IMG/VR virus record: IMGVR_UViG_3300028025_001913
Location: 605-64,604 of that record
Origin: a virus
Lineage: Duplodnaviria; Caudoviricetes
Length of the DNA: 64,000 bases
Direction: 5' to 3' (one strand)
The notes beneath the pieces were generated by a model. It was not told the DNA's origin. It saw only the letters and a list, made by a program, of their open reading frames with translations, and did not search any database. The position numbers and the translations under genes are program-made. Below are positions 47,663-57,344 of this stretch, in pieces (the first letter of the stretch is position 1; each line of letters opens with the position of its first letter).

Positions 47663-47850
47663 TACTTTTTAATCCGTTCTAAATTTTTTACTAGTACACC
47701 TTTGTTGTGATACCCAAGAAATTTAATTTTTTTTCTTTTAATGTCATAAACAAGCTTTATGTTTGCTGTACTCTCACATTCAAAGTCGGTTAGGAATTTT
47801 TTACTTATTGGTTCATACCAAAAATATAAAGTTTCTTGATACTTGTTCAT
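47662..47850 (-). CDS. hypothetical protein
   Basis: 62-aa AT-rich ORF, coupled. Confidence 0.5.
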   Translation of the reverse strand: MNKYQETLYFWYEPISKKFLTDFECESTANIKLVYDIKRKKIKFLGYHNKGVLVKNLERIKK

Positions 47851-47961
47851 TTCTCATGCCTCCACGCTACAAAATCTTTTGTTGACGAACAACAACATTG
47901 ACTAGGTATTCTGTGGCATTTGCTACAAAAAATATTTTGGTTCATTTCTCACTCGCTTTCT

Positions 47962-48978
47962 TTATTTAAATGTACCGTCTAGATTCCGCTCTCTTAAATA
48001 CCAAGGGGTTGTTAATTTCTTTCTTTCTTGCGCATAGTAATTATCTCTGCAAGGGATAGAACAATACTTGGCTTTTCCCATTGGGGTTGACTGGGTAAAT
48101 TCTATACGACATGCTTCACAAATACGCTGTGGTCCACTACCCATAAATATTCTACTTTTTCTTGCGTGTTCTTTTGACTCGTTAGATTTATAAAAACCTT
48201 TAGCCGAGGCTTTTAGTTTTTCTATGTTATCAAGCCTGTATGGGTTGTGTACTGCTATTCCAACTTTCTCACGATTACTTAAAGTTTCACATAAATCTTT
48301 TGATATTACACCTGTATGTAAATTAAACCCCGCCGCTTTTTTAAAGTCTTTTGCTTCAATACCGTGTGCTTGATTTACGTGAATAGATAAATGTTTTCCT
48401 GTCCATTCACACCCCTCTATTAAACAGTTAAGTTCTACCCTATCTAAAAAGCCATCATATCCTTGGGGTAAAGCTAATTGGTCAGGGTTAGCTATCTGCC
48501 TATCAAATCTTTTATTTAAATAAGACCTATAGCATGGCTTTGTACAAAATCTTTTTTTACCTATTAAACCCTTCTTACAATAAAATAATTTCTTACATTC
48601 TAAACACTCAATATCAACTCCTGTTTTTATAGTCGTAGCTTGTTTTGCCCTTGAGTCAGCACTTAAAGATATATCCCTAGCTTTTTTTGATACTACCTTA
48701 AACTGTTCAGACTTTGTATAACAATCCATACTACAAAATTTAGGGTTATTTCTACGAGTAAAAAATGTTTTACCGCATGTTTTACAAGGCCCTCTATTAG
48801 GAACAGGAGTGCTAAATTTATTTTTTAAAAAGGCATACCTACAAACATCTGTACAAAATAAATTTGAGTTGTTATAAACATAGTGTTCAGCTTGTTTCTG
48901 TGTACCAACAAACATAGAAGCGCAATGAGCGCAAACTAGTTTGTCTTTGATTGAAGTAGCATACGCTCGTTTACTCAT
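47962..48978 (-). CDS. multi-zinc-finger protein (FCS-type repeats plus Ros/MucR-like finger)
   Basis: four CxxC..[FY]C[ST]xxC units; CLIEGC...LSIHVNQAHGI...FKKAAG. Confidence 0.6.
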   Translation of the reverse strand: MSKRAYATSIKDKLVCAHCASMFVGTQKQAEHYVYNNSNLFCTDVCRYAFLKNKFSTPVPNRGPCKTCGKTFFTRRNNPKFCSMDCYTKSEQFKVVSKKARDISLSADSRAKQATTIKTGVDIECLECKKLFYCKKGLIGKKRFCTKPCYRSYLNKRFDRQIANPDQLALPQGYDGFLDRVELNCLIEGCEWTGKHLSIHVNQAHGIEAKDFKKAAGFNLHTGVISKDLCETLSNREKVGIAVHNPYRLDNIEKLKASAKGFYKSNESKEHARKSRIFMGSGPQRICEACRIEFTQSTPMGKAKYCSIPCRDNYYAQERKKLTTPWYLRERNLDGTFK

Positions 48979-49214
48979 TAATCACTTGCCTCATAGTACT
49001 CTACTAGTTTATCCATATTTTGAAACAAATAGGCGCTTCCTAGTTTGTGTAATGAAAATATTTTCATAACAGTTTGGCCCCCAGTCAGCCAAGAATACAG
49101 TTGTACTAGATAAAACCCATTTTCTAATGCATCTAAAATCTGACCTTGGTTTTCTCTTTCCCCATCAGGGGTGTGCGTAACAAAACATAATCCAACTAAC
49201 ATATCTTTTTTCAT
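48978..49214 (-). CDS. hypothetical protein
   Basis: 78 aa, coupled. Confidence 0.6.
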   Translation of the reverse strand: MKKDMLVGLCFVTHTPDGERENQGQILDALENGFYLVQLYSWLTGGQTVMKIFSLHKLGSAYLFQNMDKLVEYYEASD

Positions 49215-49405
49215 CTACTACTCCTCATTTGTTTAGCTTCTTCACATAATTTAGCGTAATCCTTGGGAACATCAGGATGCCACCCACCTAACAACAATTC
49301 ACAATTTAACTTATATACTTCTTCTCTACGGCTTAGTTCTGTTAGGTAAACAATTAACCCGCAGAACACAATCCACATGCATATAGCCCAACTAAAATGG
49401 CGCAT
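49211..49405 (-). CDS. small membrane protein
   Basis: N-terminal TM; C...WHPDVP...C. Confidence 0.55.
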   Translation of the reverse strand: MRHFSWAICMWIVFCGLIVYLTELSRREEVYKLNCELLLGGWHPDVPKDYAKLCEEAKQMRSSR

Positions 49406-49544
49406 CTTCTAACTCCACTTGTTGTTTTGGTTCTTCTTTAAAAAACTTCTTAGTCCAGCCATACGTTTCAACAAAGTATTCAGCTTCTTCTTTGCGTTTG
49501 ACCATGCGTATTAATTCGTCGTATTCGTTATATATTTTGTACAT
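49392..49544 (-). CDS. hypothetical protein (50 aa, not in ORF track)
   Basis: MYKIYNEYDELIRMVKRKEEA...EDAPF; GAAGGA SD. Confidence 0.55.
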   Translation of the reverse strand: MYKIYNEYDELIRMVKRKEEAEYFVETYGWTKKFFKEEPKQQVELEDAPF

Positions 49545-49557
49545 ACTATCCTTCGTT

Positions 49558-49749
49558 TTATACAAAGTCCTCCTTCTTGTATTTTTCGTTAATTAAATGC
49601 TTTAGCTTTCTTATTGCTTTCTTTTCGACTGCATCAACTTGGCTCCTTGACATACCAAGCGCTTGTGCTACTTCGAGTTGTGACATGTAGTTATTGTTGT
49701 TCTGTATAAGTCTTTCTGTGTTGTACCACTCTTCGTCTCTGTACATCAT
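49558..49749 (-). CDS. sigma70 region-4-like HTH protein
   Basis: MSQLEVAQALGMSRSQVDAVEKKAIRKLK. Confidence 0.7.
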   Translation of the reverse strand: MMYRDEEWYNTERLIQNNNNYMSQLEVAQALGMSRSQVDAVEKKAIRKLKHLINEKYKKEDFV

Positions 49750-50114
49750 TCTATAATCCTATAAACAAGTCCTTGTTGGTTCATCTTGTAGTGCTTTTCA
49801 ACTTTGTTAACTGATAGCAACCTCAACAAAACTAACCGCCAAAAATCATCAATCAAAAGGTCTTTTTCTGCTACCCAGTCGCCACCCCAACGCACTGTCC
49901 ACATATCAACTACCGCCGATAACGGCGCTAGCATAGCCTCGCTTTGCAGGTCGCTTTCTGTTACTGCGTAACTACTACCTGTAAATACAGGTGGCGGTGC
50001 TATCATAGCGTTTGCTACTGTTATTCCTAAAACTCCTCGATGGTCAGTCCAGCCGACTACATGTTTATCTCTTTTTGCTATAGCATCAGCCATATCTTTA
50101 TCTGATATGCCCAT
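49746..50114 (-). CDS. hypothetical protein
   Basis: 122 aa, coupled. Confidence 0.65.
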   Translation of the reverse strand: MGISDKDMADAIAKRDKHVVGWTDHRGVLGITVANAMIAPPPVFTGSSYAVTESDLQSEAMLAPLSAVVDMWTVRWGGDWVAEKDLLIDDFWRLVLLRLLSVNKVEKHYKMNQQGLVYRIIE

Positions 50115-50371
50115 TATTTAATAGCCCCTTTAGACGTGCGTTTGTATGAACGGTTCTCGCTAGCTGGCACGGCTTTTAGATTAGAACGTGTTGTAGTACC
50201 GCCCTTGCTTAGTGGCTTCTTATGGTCTACGTCTTTACCATCGCCCTTATGTACAACTCCTTCACGCTCTAGCATGCGCCTAGCTTTATTACGTTGGGCA
50301 CGTTTCTTCTTTACTGCCTCAGTACCATCGTAGCTTGCGTACTCAGCTTTGTAATCTCTTTTGTAAGGCAT
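50114..50371 (-). CDS. small HNH endonuclease-like protein
   Basis: DVDHKKPLSKGG...NL......NR. Confidence 0.75.
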   Translation of the reverse strand: MPYKRDYKAEYASYDGTEAVKKKRAQRNKARRMLEREGVVHKGDGKDVDHKKPLSKGGTTTRSNLKAVPASENRSYKRTSKGAIK

Positions 50372-50380
50372 TTCAATCTC

Positions 50381-51046
50381 CTAATGATTGGGGTTAAATT
50401 CACAACTCTTTACTTGACACCATCCACAGAGCGGTGTGCTTGTGGGATTCCACACGTCGTTGGCATGAGCCTGTTCTAGCCTAGCAACCCTCTCCCGATA
50501 CATCGACCAGTGGAAGTCCTTCTGATCTACGGTCATCGTTTGCGTAACCATAGAACCTTTTACTACGAACAGCAGGGCTGAGTTAACTTGACGTATGTGT
50601 GGGAAGTGGGTAAACACCATGAGAGACATTAGCGTTAGTTGGTCTCTGTCAGGATACTTGTCGTTACCTGTCTTGTAGTCCAACACCTTAGCCTTAAGCC
50701 CATCGTCGTCAATGATAAGCAAGTCAGCAATACCACGTACCCATACGTTCTCATCATCAAAGCTACATGGCTTTAAGTCCACAGTAACTCCCATCAAATG
50801 CTCAGTTAGCTTACGCCCTGTCTTCTTCTTAAGTGCGTCAAGTGTTGGCTGTATGTAGTCATGCTCAGGGGGTAGGGGTGTACCGTCCTTGATATATTGC
50901 TCAGCCGAGTCATGTACTTGTTTACCATAGATGGTGTGCTTGTTCTCAGTAAAGGGGTAGTTCTTTAGAACCTTAACCTCATGGAAACGTCTTGCACAAC
51001 CTTCAAAGTCTTTGAGTCCTGAGTGACTCCACTTGATTGGCTTCAT
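50381..51046 (-). CDS. PD-(D/E)XK exonuclease (RecB/Cas4-like)
   Basis: RGIAD, LDYKTG, QL, C..CGWC..C cluster. Confidence 0.85.
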   Translation of the reverse strand: MKPIKWSHSGLKDFEGCARRFHEVKVLKNYPFTENKHTIYGKQVHDSAEQYIKDGTPLPPEHDYIQPTLDALKKKTGRKLTEHLMGVTVDLKPCSFDDENVWVRGIADLLIIDDDGLKAKVLDYKTGNDKYPDRDQLTLMSLMVFTHFPHIRQVNSALLFVVKGSMVTQTMTVDQKDFHWSMYRERVARLEQAHANDVWNPTSTPLCGWCQVKSCEFNPNH

Positions 51047-51333
51047 TCGAATTTCGCAGTCTTGATTGCTTTATGTAGTCGGTCAGAAAAGTCAGCAACA
51101 AACTCTTCGTCATATGCTAAGCCACTACCCATGTCATGCAAGATAGCGTGCGTAAGCTCATGCCAAAATGTATTACTGCGCTCGTCATCGGTGTACGTAC
51201 CATAGGTGTTGCCCTTGCCTATTTTGATAACACGCCTGTCGTAGTGTATCTTGCCGTGACAACTTGCTACTCTGTCAGGCTCTTGTATTACGTAGACTGA
51301 ATCGCCTACTGTTACTTGCTTTGGTATCTTCAT
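51043..51333 (-). CDS. small HExxH metallopeptidase-like protein
   Basis: TFWHELTHAIL...EEFV. Confidence 0.6.
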   Translation of the reverse strand: MKIPKQVTVGDSVYVIQEPDRVASCHGKIHYDRRVIKIGKGNTYGTYTDDERSNTFWHELTHAILHDMGSGLAYDEEFVADFSDRLHKAIKTAKFE

Positions 51334-53306
51334 TTCGCTTCTCCGTATCGTTTGTTACAACCTGTCTCGGCACCTAGTGGGATGCCTTTCATGTACTTCG
51401 GTTCCTTAATCATCTGCTCTAAAACCCATTGCTCTGCTTCTATGGCTTCGTCCTCGGGCACTAGACATACGACTTCATCGTGGACGGTTAATACACAGGA
51501 ATACCTCTTTTGTATCCTGAGCATGCCATCCGTCATCACACATCTTGCTACTGCTTGTACTACGTTCTCTACTATCTTACCGCCATACAACTTCTTGTTA
51601 TCGTCACCATAAGACCACTGCACTCTGCCTTTAACATCTGCCGAGCCTGTTAAGTTCGGATAACGTAATGATAAGCCATTTGGTAATATTATTCTTTCCT
51701 TGGAAAAAGTCAAGCACTTGTATTCAAAATCTTTACCGCCTACTAAACTACGTTGTATTAGGTGGTTACACATTTCCCAAAAGTCAGTTACGTTATGCGC
51801 CGCCTCACGATACTTATCAATAATCTTCTTGGCTGCCAAACAATGGATTATTAATTCGCTCTCCTTACATGTGTGCGGTATCTTGTTAAGTAGTTCTACG
51901 TTGGTTTCCCAAGACAGGAAGTCATTGGCATACATCTTATCTACCCCAAGCTGTTTTGCAAACGTCTTGTCATACATGGTAGGTGGCGCACCTAGAAACC
52001 CAGTAAGTAACTGCGCTGAGAAGCTAGCCCAACCCATACCATAGCCACACCCTAGCAAGGCTGATTTGGCTGACTGTCTAAGCGTCGGATGGCTTTCTTT
52101 AGTGAGGTCGGGTATTCCAAACATTTGTGCCCCAAACCTTGAATAAGCGTCCTGCCCTGATGCAAAGATTTGTATAAGGCTCTCTGAGCCTGCAAGGTAT
52201 GCGAGGACTCTTGGTTCGATTTGGGAGAGGTCACAGACCACGAGGGTATAACCTTCCGGCGCCTGTATAGCTTTACGTAGGAAAGACCCCCTCTTGAGGT
52301 TTTGTAAATTAAGCCCCGAGCCTTTGGACGCAGACCAACGACCGGTGTGTGCGCCGTAATAGTTGAGTGGTACAGGGAGCGTACCTCTGCCAGCAATGTC
52401 GACAAAGCGTTGCGCTCTCGTACGCTCAAGTGTGCTCTTAACCTTGAGGCGTGCCTCGCAAACAATGGATACGTCTTCGTTGTCGTTATTAAGAAGGGCT
52501 TGGAATAGCGCATCGTTCTTGGCAAACGCATAGGCTTCTTTACCAGTTGTCTTGCTAATTTTCTTAGGGGGTATACATCCGAGTCCAATAAGAACATTTG
52601 CAAATTGATCGTTACTTGCCAATGCCGTTTCTTCAACGCCAATCTTTGCCAAGATTGTTTCTCGCTTTTCTTTCTCATCTTTAATCGCTTCACGTAACAT
52701 ATCCTCGTCTAGTTCTAGCACAGGGTTGGTAAACATCCTGAGCGTCATATCAATTAGTTTAAGTTCCTTAACAGGAAACCCGCCCTCAACTTCTTTGATT
52801 AGCCTTACAAATATTTCCTCACATAAGAACACATCGTGCGCACAATACTCGGCAAGCTCTTGCTCTACTTCATAGCTTAGGTCTGTTAAACCGTTTGTAC
52901 TATGCACAGCAGTGCCTTTCGGCGGTAGCTCATAGTGTTCAGCTAACTTAGCTAGGCTATTGCCTACTTCCACCCCACGTAATGCTCGAGCCATAGACAG
53001 GCTATCGAATATGAAGCAAGGCTTAGCACCATACACCCATGAAAGAATCGCTATATCAAACTGCGCATTGTGCGCAAGCACGGCAGTCCTACTCCAATCC
53101 TGTTCATCTACCCACCCTTGTATGTCATCGTGTGATACCCATTGTGGTGGTACATTTACGTCTAGTGGTTTAAAGCACAAGCCAAAGGCTTTGAAACGTG
53201 GGTCTCTGATGTACTCTTCCGTAGTCATCTTGGATAGCGTGTACTCTTTGCTATCCCACCTCGTCTCAAAGTCTATGACAAGTATTTTGTCAAATGGGTC
53301 ACTCAT
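51330..53306 (-). CDS. polA: DNA polymerase family A
   Basis: exo DFET and AHNAQFD; motif A DLSQIEPR; motif B RQSAKSALLGCGYG; motif C TVHDE. Confidence 0.95.
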   Translation of the reverse strand: MSDPFDKILVIDFETRWDSKEYTLSKMTTEEYIRDPRFKAFGLCFKPLDVNVPPQWVSHDDIQGWVDEQDWSRTAVLAHNAQFDIAILSWVYGAKPCFIFDSLSMARALRGVEVGNSLAKLAEHYELPPKGTAVHSTNGLTDLSYEVEQELAEYCAHDVFLCEEIFVRLIKEVEGGFPVKELKLIDMTLRMFTNPVLELDEDMLREAIKDEKEKRETILAKIGVEETALASNDQFANVLIGLGCIPPKKISKTTGKEAYAFAKNDALFQALLNNDNEDVSIVCEARLKVKSTLERTRAQRFVDIAGRGTLPVPLNYYGAHTGRWSASKGSGLNLQNLKRGSFLRKAIQAPEGYTLVVCDLSQIEPRVLAYLAGSESLIQIFASGQDAYSRFGAQMFGIPDLTKESHPTLRQSAKSALLGCGYGMGWASFSAQLLTGFLGAPPTMYDKTFAKQLGVDKMYANDFLSWETNVELLNKIPHTCKESELIIHCLAAKKIIDKYREAAHNVTDFWEMCNHLIQRSLVGGKDFEYKCLTFSKERIILPNGLSLRYPNLTGSADVKGRVQWSYGDDNKKLYGGKIVENVVQAVARCVMTDGMLRIQKRYSCVLTVHDEVVCLVPEDEAIEAEQWVLEQMIKEPKYMKGIPLGAETGCNKRYGEAK

Positions 53307-53524
53307 CTTATCCTTAGTAAAATTATTGCCACAACAACGAATAGTATTGTTGCTATGGTAGCCCTGATGTTGTATCGCATTTGAAGCAACTCAGGGTCTT
53401 TGATAAGACATTGCTGTAGCTTAAGCATGTCTCGGTCGTTCTCAATGTAGCGTGGCTTTAATGGGTTCATGTAATACGATGAGCCAATCTTAACCTTGCC
53501 GTTGTTATAGGATAGGTCGTCCAT
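53303..53524 (-). CDS. small membrane protein
   Basis: ATG 53524 after GGAGG; C-terminal TM. Confidence 0.6.
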   Translation of the reverse strand: MDDLSYNNGKVKIGSSYYMNPLKPRYIENDRDMLKLQQCLIKDPELLQMRYNIRATIATILFVVVAIILLRIR

Positions 53525-53703
53525 TATTCCTCCCAACGTGTTGGTGTCCATAGACTTGGTACTTTCTTTTCCTCTAGCATGCGTTGTGCATACGGATGAG
53601 GCTTAGGTTTGTACTCTGTTATGGGTGGGTAAGTTCTCGATTGTGCAATCTTGAACTCATCAGGTTTAGGTTTGTATGCGTTAAAGCCTTTATGTTCTTT
53701 CAT
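53524..53703 (-). CDS. hypothetical protein (59 aa, not in ORF track)
   Basis: MKEHKGFNAYKPKP...; TAATG coupling on both sides. Confidence 0.55.
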   Translation of the reverse strand: MKEHKGFNAYKPKPDEFKIAQSRTYPPITEYKPKPHPYAQRMLEEKKVPSLWTPTRWEE

Positions 53704-53936
53704 TAGTTCAATGTCCTATTTTTAAGTTGTTTTTCATGCGCCATTACGTTGGATGCCGCTTCTATTAATAACTCAGGGACGTCATGCCCATCTAGATTTA
53801 AGCCGTATATCTTCACGGTGTTTTCTACGTTATCTACTGATACTATTACTGCTGAGTGATGCGAGTTCTCCACAACGCATAGCTCTAGTGCTTTCTGTAC
53901 TAACTTATAGCCCTCCTCTTTTAGATTGTTGTCCAT
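53703..53936 (-). CDS. hypothetical protein
   Basis: 77 aa, coupled. Confidence 0.6.
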   Translation of the reverse strand: MDNNLKEEGYKLVQKALELCVVENSHHSAVIVSVDNVENTVKIYGLNLDGHDVPELLIEAASNVMAHEKQLKNRTLN

Positions 53937-54223
53937 TCGTTTGCCTTCATCCTTTCTTCTACTTCGTTTACGTTATCTTCGTTAATAACGATTGCTTCGC
54001 CACCTGCAAGGCGTATGCATTTCATTTCATGTTCTTGCAAGGGGGTTGGCTTTCTAGTACCTGCCTTGCACTCTACTGCTAAGAACTTACCGCAGTAGCA
54101 GATGATAATGTCGGGCACACCACTACGCCCATAGCCACCTGTTGCAGGAAAGAAGTAATACGCAGTAGGAAACTTCTTGATAATAGCAACTACTTGCTTT
54201 TTAACTTTTGCTTCGGGGGTCAT
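53921..54223 (-). CDS. VRR-NUC domain nuclease
   Basis: PEAKVK, GVPDII, AVECKA, PTPLQ, AGG. Confidence 0.85.
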   Translation of the reverse strand: MTPEAKVKKQVVAIIKKFPTAYYFFPATGGYGRSGVPDIIICYCGKFLAVECKAGTRKPTPLQEHEMKCIRLAGGEAIVINEDNVNEVEERMKANEWTTI

Positions 54224-54404
54224 AGCGTTTCCTTATATTGTCAATGTGTTCTAAACACATAATGATTTTGCCAATCTGTTCCTCTAACATAGTCGTGTCA
54301 GCAACAGCGTTAGCTTTCACAGCCAAGATAACCTCAGCTTCTAGGTTAGACAAAGCCGCATTTTCATGCATCATAAATAATAATTCCGCATCACTGATTG
54401 ACAT
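54201..54404 (-). CDS. hypothetical protein
   Basis: 67 aa. Confidence 0.55.
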   Translation of the reverse strand: MSISDAELLFMMHENAALSNLEAEVILAVKANAVADTTMLEEQIGKIIMCLEHIDNIRKRYDPRSKS

Positions 54405-54666
54405 TGTTTAAGTCCTTAAAAAAGTTAACGGCTTTGTTTGTCAGTACAAGTATATGGTTTGGTTTAGCAACATACTTCTTCTTGCTTAACGACGTCAGAT
54501 ACTTATGCGTAGTTGCGTGTGACATGACCTTACGTTTCTTAGCGGTGCTAAGCACGCTCATGGTCGTAGGGTTTTCTTCCTTGGCTATCATACCTAGGAT
54601 GTACTCCTCACTCCATGATAAGTCATGCTTATCTCTTACTGCCTGTGTTGTGTATATATTACTCAT
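54391..54666 (-). CDS. winged-HTH-like protein
   Basis: LSWSEEYIL...MSHATTHKYLTSL.KKKYV...LT (MarR-like pattern). Confidence 0.5.
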   Translation of the reverse strand: MSNIYTTQAVRDKHDLSWSEEYILGMIAKEENPTTMSVLSTAKKRKVMSHATTHKYLTSLSKKKYVAKPNHILVLTNKAVNFFKDLNNVNQ

Positions 54667-54836
54667 TCGTCTTCCTCCTCCTCACCTATTTCACCTAGGT
54701 ATTCCATGCGAACACCACCTTCCATAAACTTATCCCAAAATTCTTTATCTATCATTGGGTTTGGTTCATTTACCAATGTCGACATAAAAATTTCGTCATC
54801 CCCATCCAACAATGTGTAGCTATAGTAAGTACCCAT
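54663..54836 (-). CDS. small acidic protein (57 aa, not in ORF track)
   Basis: MGTYYSYTLLDGDDEIF...GEEEEDE; ATGA overlap. Confidence 0.55.
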   Translation of the reverse strand: MGTYYSYTLLDGDDEIFMSTLVNEPNPMIDKEFWDKFMEGGVRMEYLGEIGEEEEDE

Positions 54837-54845
54837 AAACCCCCC

Positions 54846-55718
54846 TTAAAAATTAAACTTAGACAGGATGTCATCGACGTCTGCCTTAACGCTATTACGT
54901 GTACCCATATCCTTGCGCAAGTCTTTGAGGTCTACGCCGTTAAGGGTTCTCTTTAGTGCGATGCGTGCTTCTTCTATTAGTGGGTCGTTGATTATATTCA
55001 AGGACTCTGCCAACTCACACAACTCATGCGCAGTATCTAGCAACGTGTAGTTGAACACTCTAGGCTTTACTTCCCCTGCAACAACATCAACACCTAGTCT
55101 GTCTGACATACGCTTGAGGTGGTCAACAACCTTGAACTTAAACGAACCGATAGCGTGTTCGACTCGCTCGTCAGCAAACTTAGATAGCTTAGCTTTCAAG
55201 TCCTCCTGTGCATCGTTACCTACGTCAACCCTAAAGTCACCCGATGATGGCACAGGCATGTAGTTGACGCTGAACCTAAAGCGATGCGCTATATCATCAG
55301 GTGCGGGGTAGTCGGTACGGTTAAACATATCACCTAGTGCCATAGCTTGTGCAGTAATTAAGGACGGATACACACTAACAAACTCAGTAACAAGCCCGAA
55401 GAACTTGTCCTCAGCTTCTTGTATCTTGCCATTAAACTCCATAAACTTAATGCTTGGCAATAAGCGAATACCCGAGTCACTCCACGGCAACGTGTTGTCG
55501 TACAGATAGCTTCGTGTCTCCGTCACGTACTGGTTGATGGTTTCTAACTCACTACGTCCTGCAAACAAGTTCTTGTTAACTCGAGCCGCACCTTTCTCGG
55601 ATGCGTTCTTGTTGCTAACAAGTTCATCGGTGGTAGACCTGTCTAGTTTCCTAGCAGTCCATTGTGATACGCTAAGTTCCACCAACATAGCGCATGTATC
55701 TATGTTATATCTTGCCAT
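54846..55718 (-). CDS. DUF3150-like protein
   Basis: WTARKLD, TLPWSDSGIRLLP, LGDMFN..DYP; lies after the AAA/vWA pair. Confidence 0.6.
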   Translation of the reverse strand: MARYNIDTCAMLVELSVSQWTARKLDRSTTDELVSNKNASEKGAARVNKNLFAGRSELETINQYVTETRSYLYDNTLPWSDSGIRLLPSIKFMEFNGKIQEAEDKFFGLVTEFVSVYPSLITAQAMALGDMFNRTDYPAPDDIAHRFRFSVNYMPVPSSGDFRVDVGNDAQEDLKAKLSKFADERVEHAIGSFKFKVVDHLKRMSDRLGVDVVAGEVKPRVFNYTLLDTAHELCELAESLNIINDPLIEEARIALKRTLNGVDLKDLRKDMGTRNSVKADVDDILSKFNF

Positions 55719-56110
55719 TATTTAATCCCTAGTTGTGAAAACAAATCTCCCAAATCATCTAGCTTCTCATGTCTAGTGATAAGTACCTTACCATCCTTCG
55801 TTGTAATCGAATGGCTACCAGTACCCCATGACTTACTAGCGTTGGATGATACTGAACGATAGACAGTAGCTAAATCAAACTTACCAACAGGTATCTCAAC
55901 TGTGGTGTTGACCTTGATGTTATCTATATACGGCTTAATGTGTTTAACAACTGCACCATGAGGATACAAAGCTTTGCGTCTCTTGATTTTTGTTACTACT
56001 TCTAAGTTACCTGTCTTGTTGCCATCTGAATCTATGATGGCGTACTGAAAGCCAACTGCGTCAAGTAATTTAACTGCGTTTATTAATACTCTTGTTTGTA
56101 TTGTGTTCAT
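55718..56110 (-). CDS. hypothetical DNA-binding-like protein
   Basis: 130-aa basic ORF. Confidence 0.65.
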   Translation of the reverse strand: MNTIQTRVLINAVKLLDAVGFQYAIIDSDGNKTGNLEVVTKIKRRKALYPHGAVVKHIKPYIDNIKVNTTVEIPVGKFDLATVYRSVSSNASKSWGTGSHSITTKDGKVLITRHEKLDDLGDLFSQLGIK

Positions 56111-56127
56111 AAATCTCTTTCGTTTGG

Positions 56128-57336
56128 TTAGTTTGAATAAATACGTACTGCCTTACCTTGTGGTGGTACGAAGTGGTCGTTGTCTACTACACCCCATAAC
56201 GCAGGCACTTCGACTACTGCGTTGTCACCATCAAGATACCCATCAGTCAACCATATGACACCTTTCGGTTGATACTTCTTCTCCCGAATGTATTGCACAA
56301 CGCACTCAGGAGACGTGCCACCCCCACCGCTAGGCTTGAGGAGTGACGCAATGTTTGCGAACTCATGTGGTTTGAAGTATTGCTCGCCACATACTGAGCT
56401 ATCCCACCATATCAAGCGGACACCATCAGGGTTTACGTTCTGTGCGATGCGTGCTATCTCACCGAACACAGTAGGATAGATACCCATCATTGAACCTGAC
56501 GTATCGCATGCCACAATCAACTCGCCTGTTGACTCCGAGAAGTGTGACGGCATGACAATGCCTAATGGTAGTAAGCGTTTGTTAGGTGGTGCAAAGCGAG
56601 AGTAGTCGTCGCCCTCACATAGCGCAGTAATCCACTCAGTCATATGCTCACGCCAGTTGGTGTCACGCTTCTGTGTTGCCCTGTCAAGCGGATTGTTTGC
56701 TGACTTGTTGCCTGCTATCTTGTCGGCAAGAAGCTTACCCTGACGTATAGCGTCGTCAATCTGTCTGCCTAACTCGTTGCCCTCTTGCTCGCTTAGCTTG
56801 TCACCGAACACGTGCTTGTCTAACGGCTCGCCACCCTCGCCACCACTCTGTAAGATATACGACTGAACAGGAACTTTTGTAGCGTTGCGTAGCAAGTCCT
56901 GTAACACCTCGATGAATGACCAACCCTTGTACTTGATGTTGTATAAAGGCTTAGGCTCAGTAGTGAACTCGATGAAGGTATGCGTTGGGTCAATCTCTTG
57001 TATCGTGCCGTTGACTACAAAGTCCATCGCAATACCTGTCAACTCAGGATGTTTCTTATCTACCTCAGCATAGATAACGCAATGGTGCAACGCCTTGTGC
57101 AACGCTTCATGTGCTACAACAAAGCGTAACTGCTTACGAGTAAGCGTGTTGACAAACTCATTGCTATAGATAACGTCACGTCCGTTGGTGCAAGCTGTAC
57201 CAACAGAGTCGTCAAACTTGACTGCACCTACATACACTACACCTGATAACCCTGCGAACAATGCGTTGTTGCTCAGGTCTACGTGAACGGCAACCACCTT
57301 ATCGTGTGCCGATAATTTCTCCCATGTCTTTGACAT
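56128..57336 (-). CDS. metallopeptidase-vWA protein (DUF2201-like)
   Basis: TACTNG, AHEALH, MIDAS DTSGS, GGGGT, LTDGY. Confidence 0.85.
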   Translation of the reverse strand: MSKTWEKLSAHDKVVAVHVDLSNNALFAGLSGVVYVGAVKFDDSVGTACTNGRDVIYSNEFVNTLTRKQLRFVVAHEALHKALHHCVIYAEVDKKHPELTGIAMDFVVNGTIQEIDPTHTFIEFTTEPKPLYNIKYKGWSFIEVLQDLLRNATKVPVQSYILQSGGEGGEPLDKHVFGDKLSEQEGNELGRQIDDAIRQGKLLADKIAGNKSANNPLDRATQKRDTNWREHMTEWITALCEGDDYSRFAPPNKRLLPLGIVMPSHFSESTGELIVACDTSGSMMGIYPTVFGEIARIAQNVNPDGVRLIWWDSSVCGEQYFKPHEFANIASLLKPSGGGGTSPECVVQYIREKKYQPKGVIWLTDGYLDGDNAVVEVPALWGVVDNDHFVPPQGKAVRIYSN

Positions 57337-57344
57337 ATAGTTCC

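Noticed and set aside
50381-51046. Cas4 / CRISPR system
   Set aside because: The Cas4-like nuclease sits in the replication module; no repeat-spacer array or other cas genes were seen.
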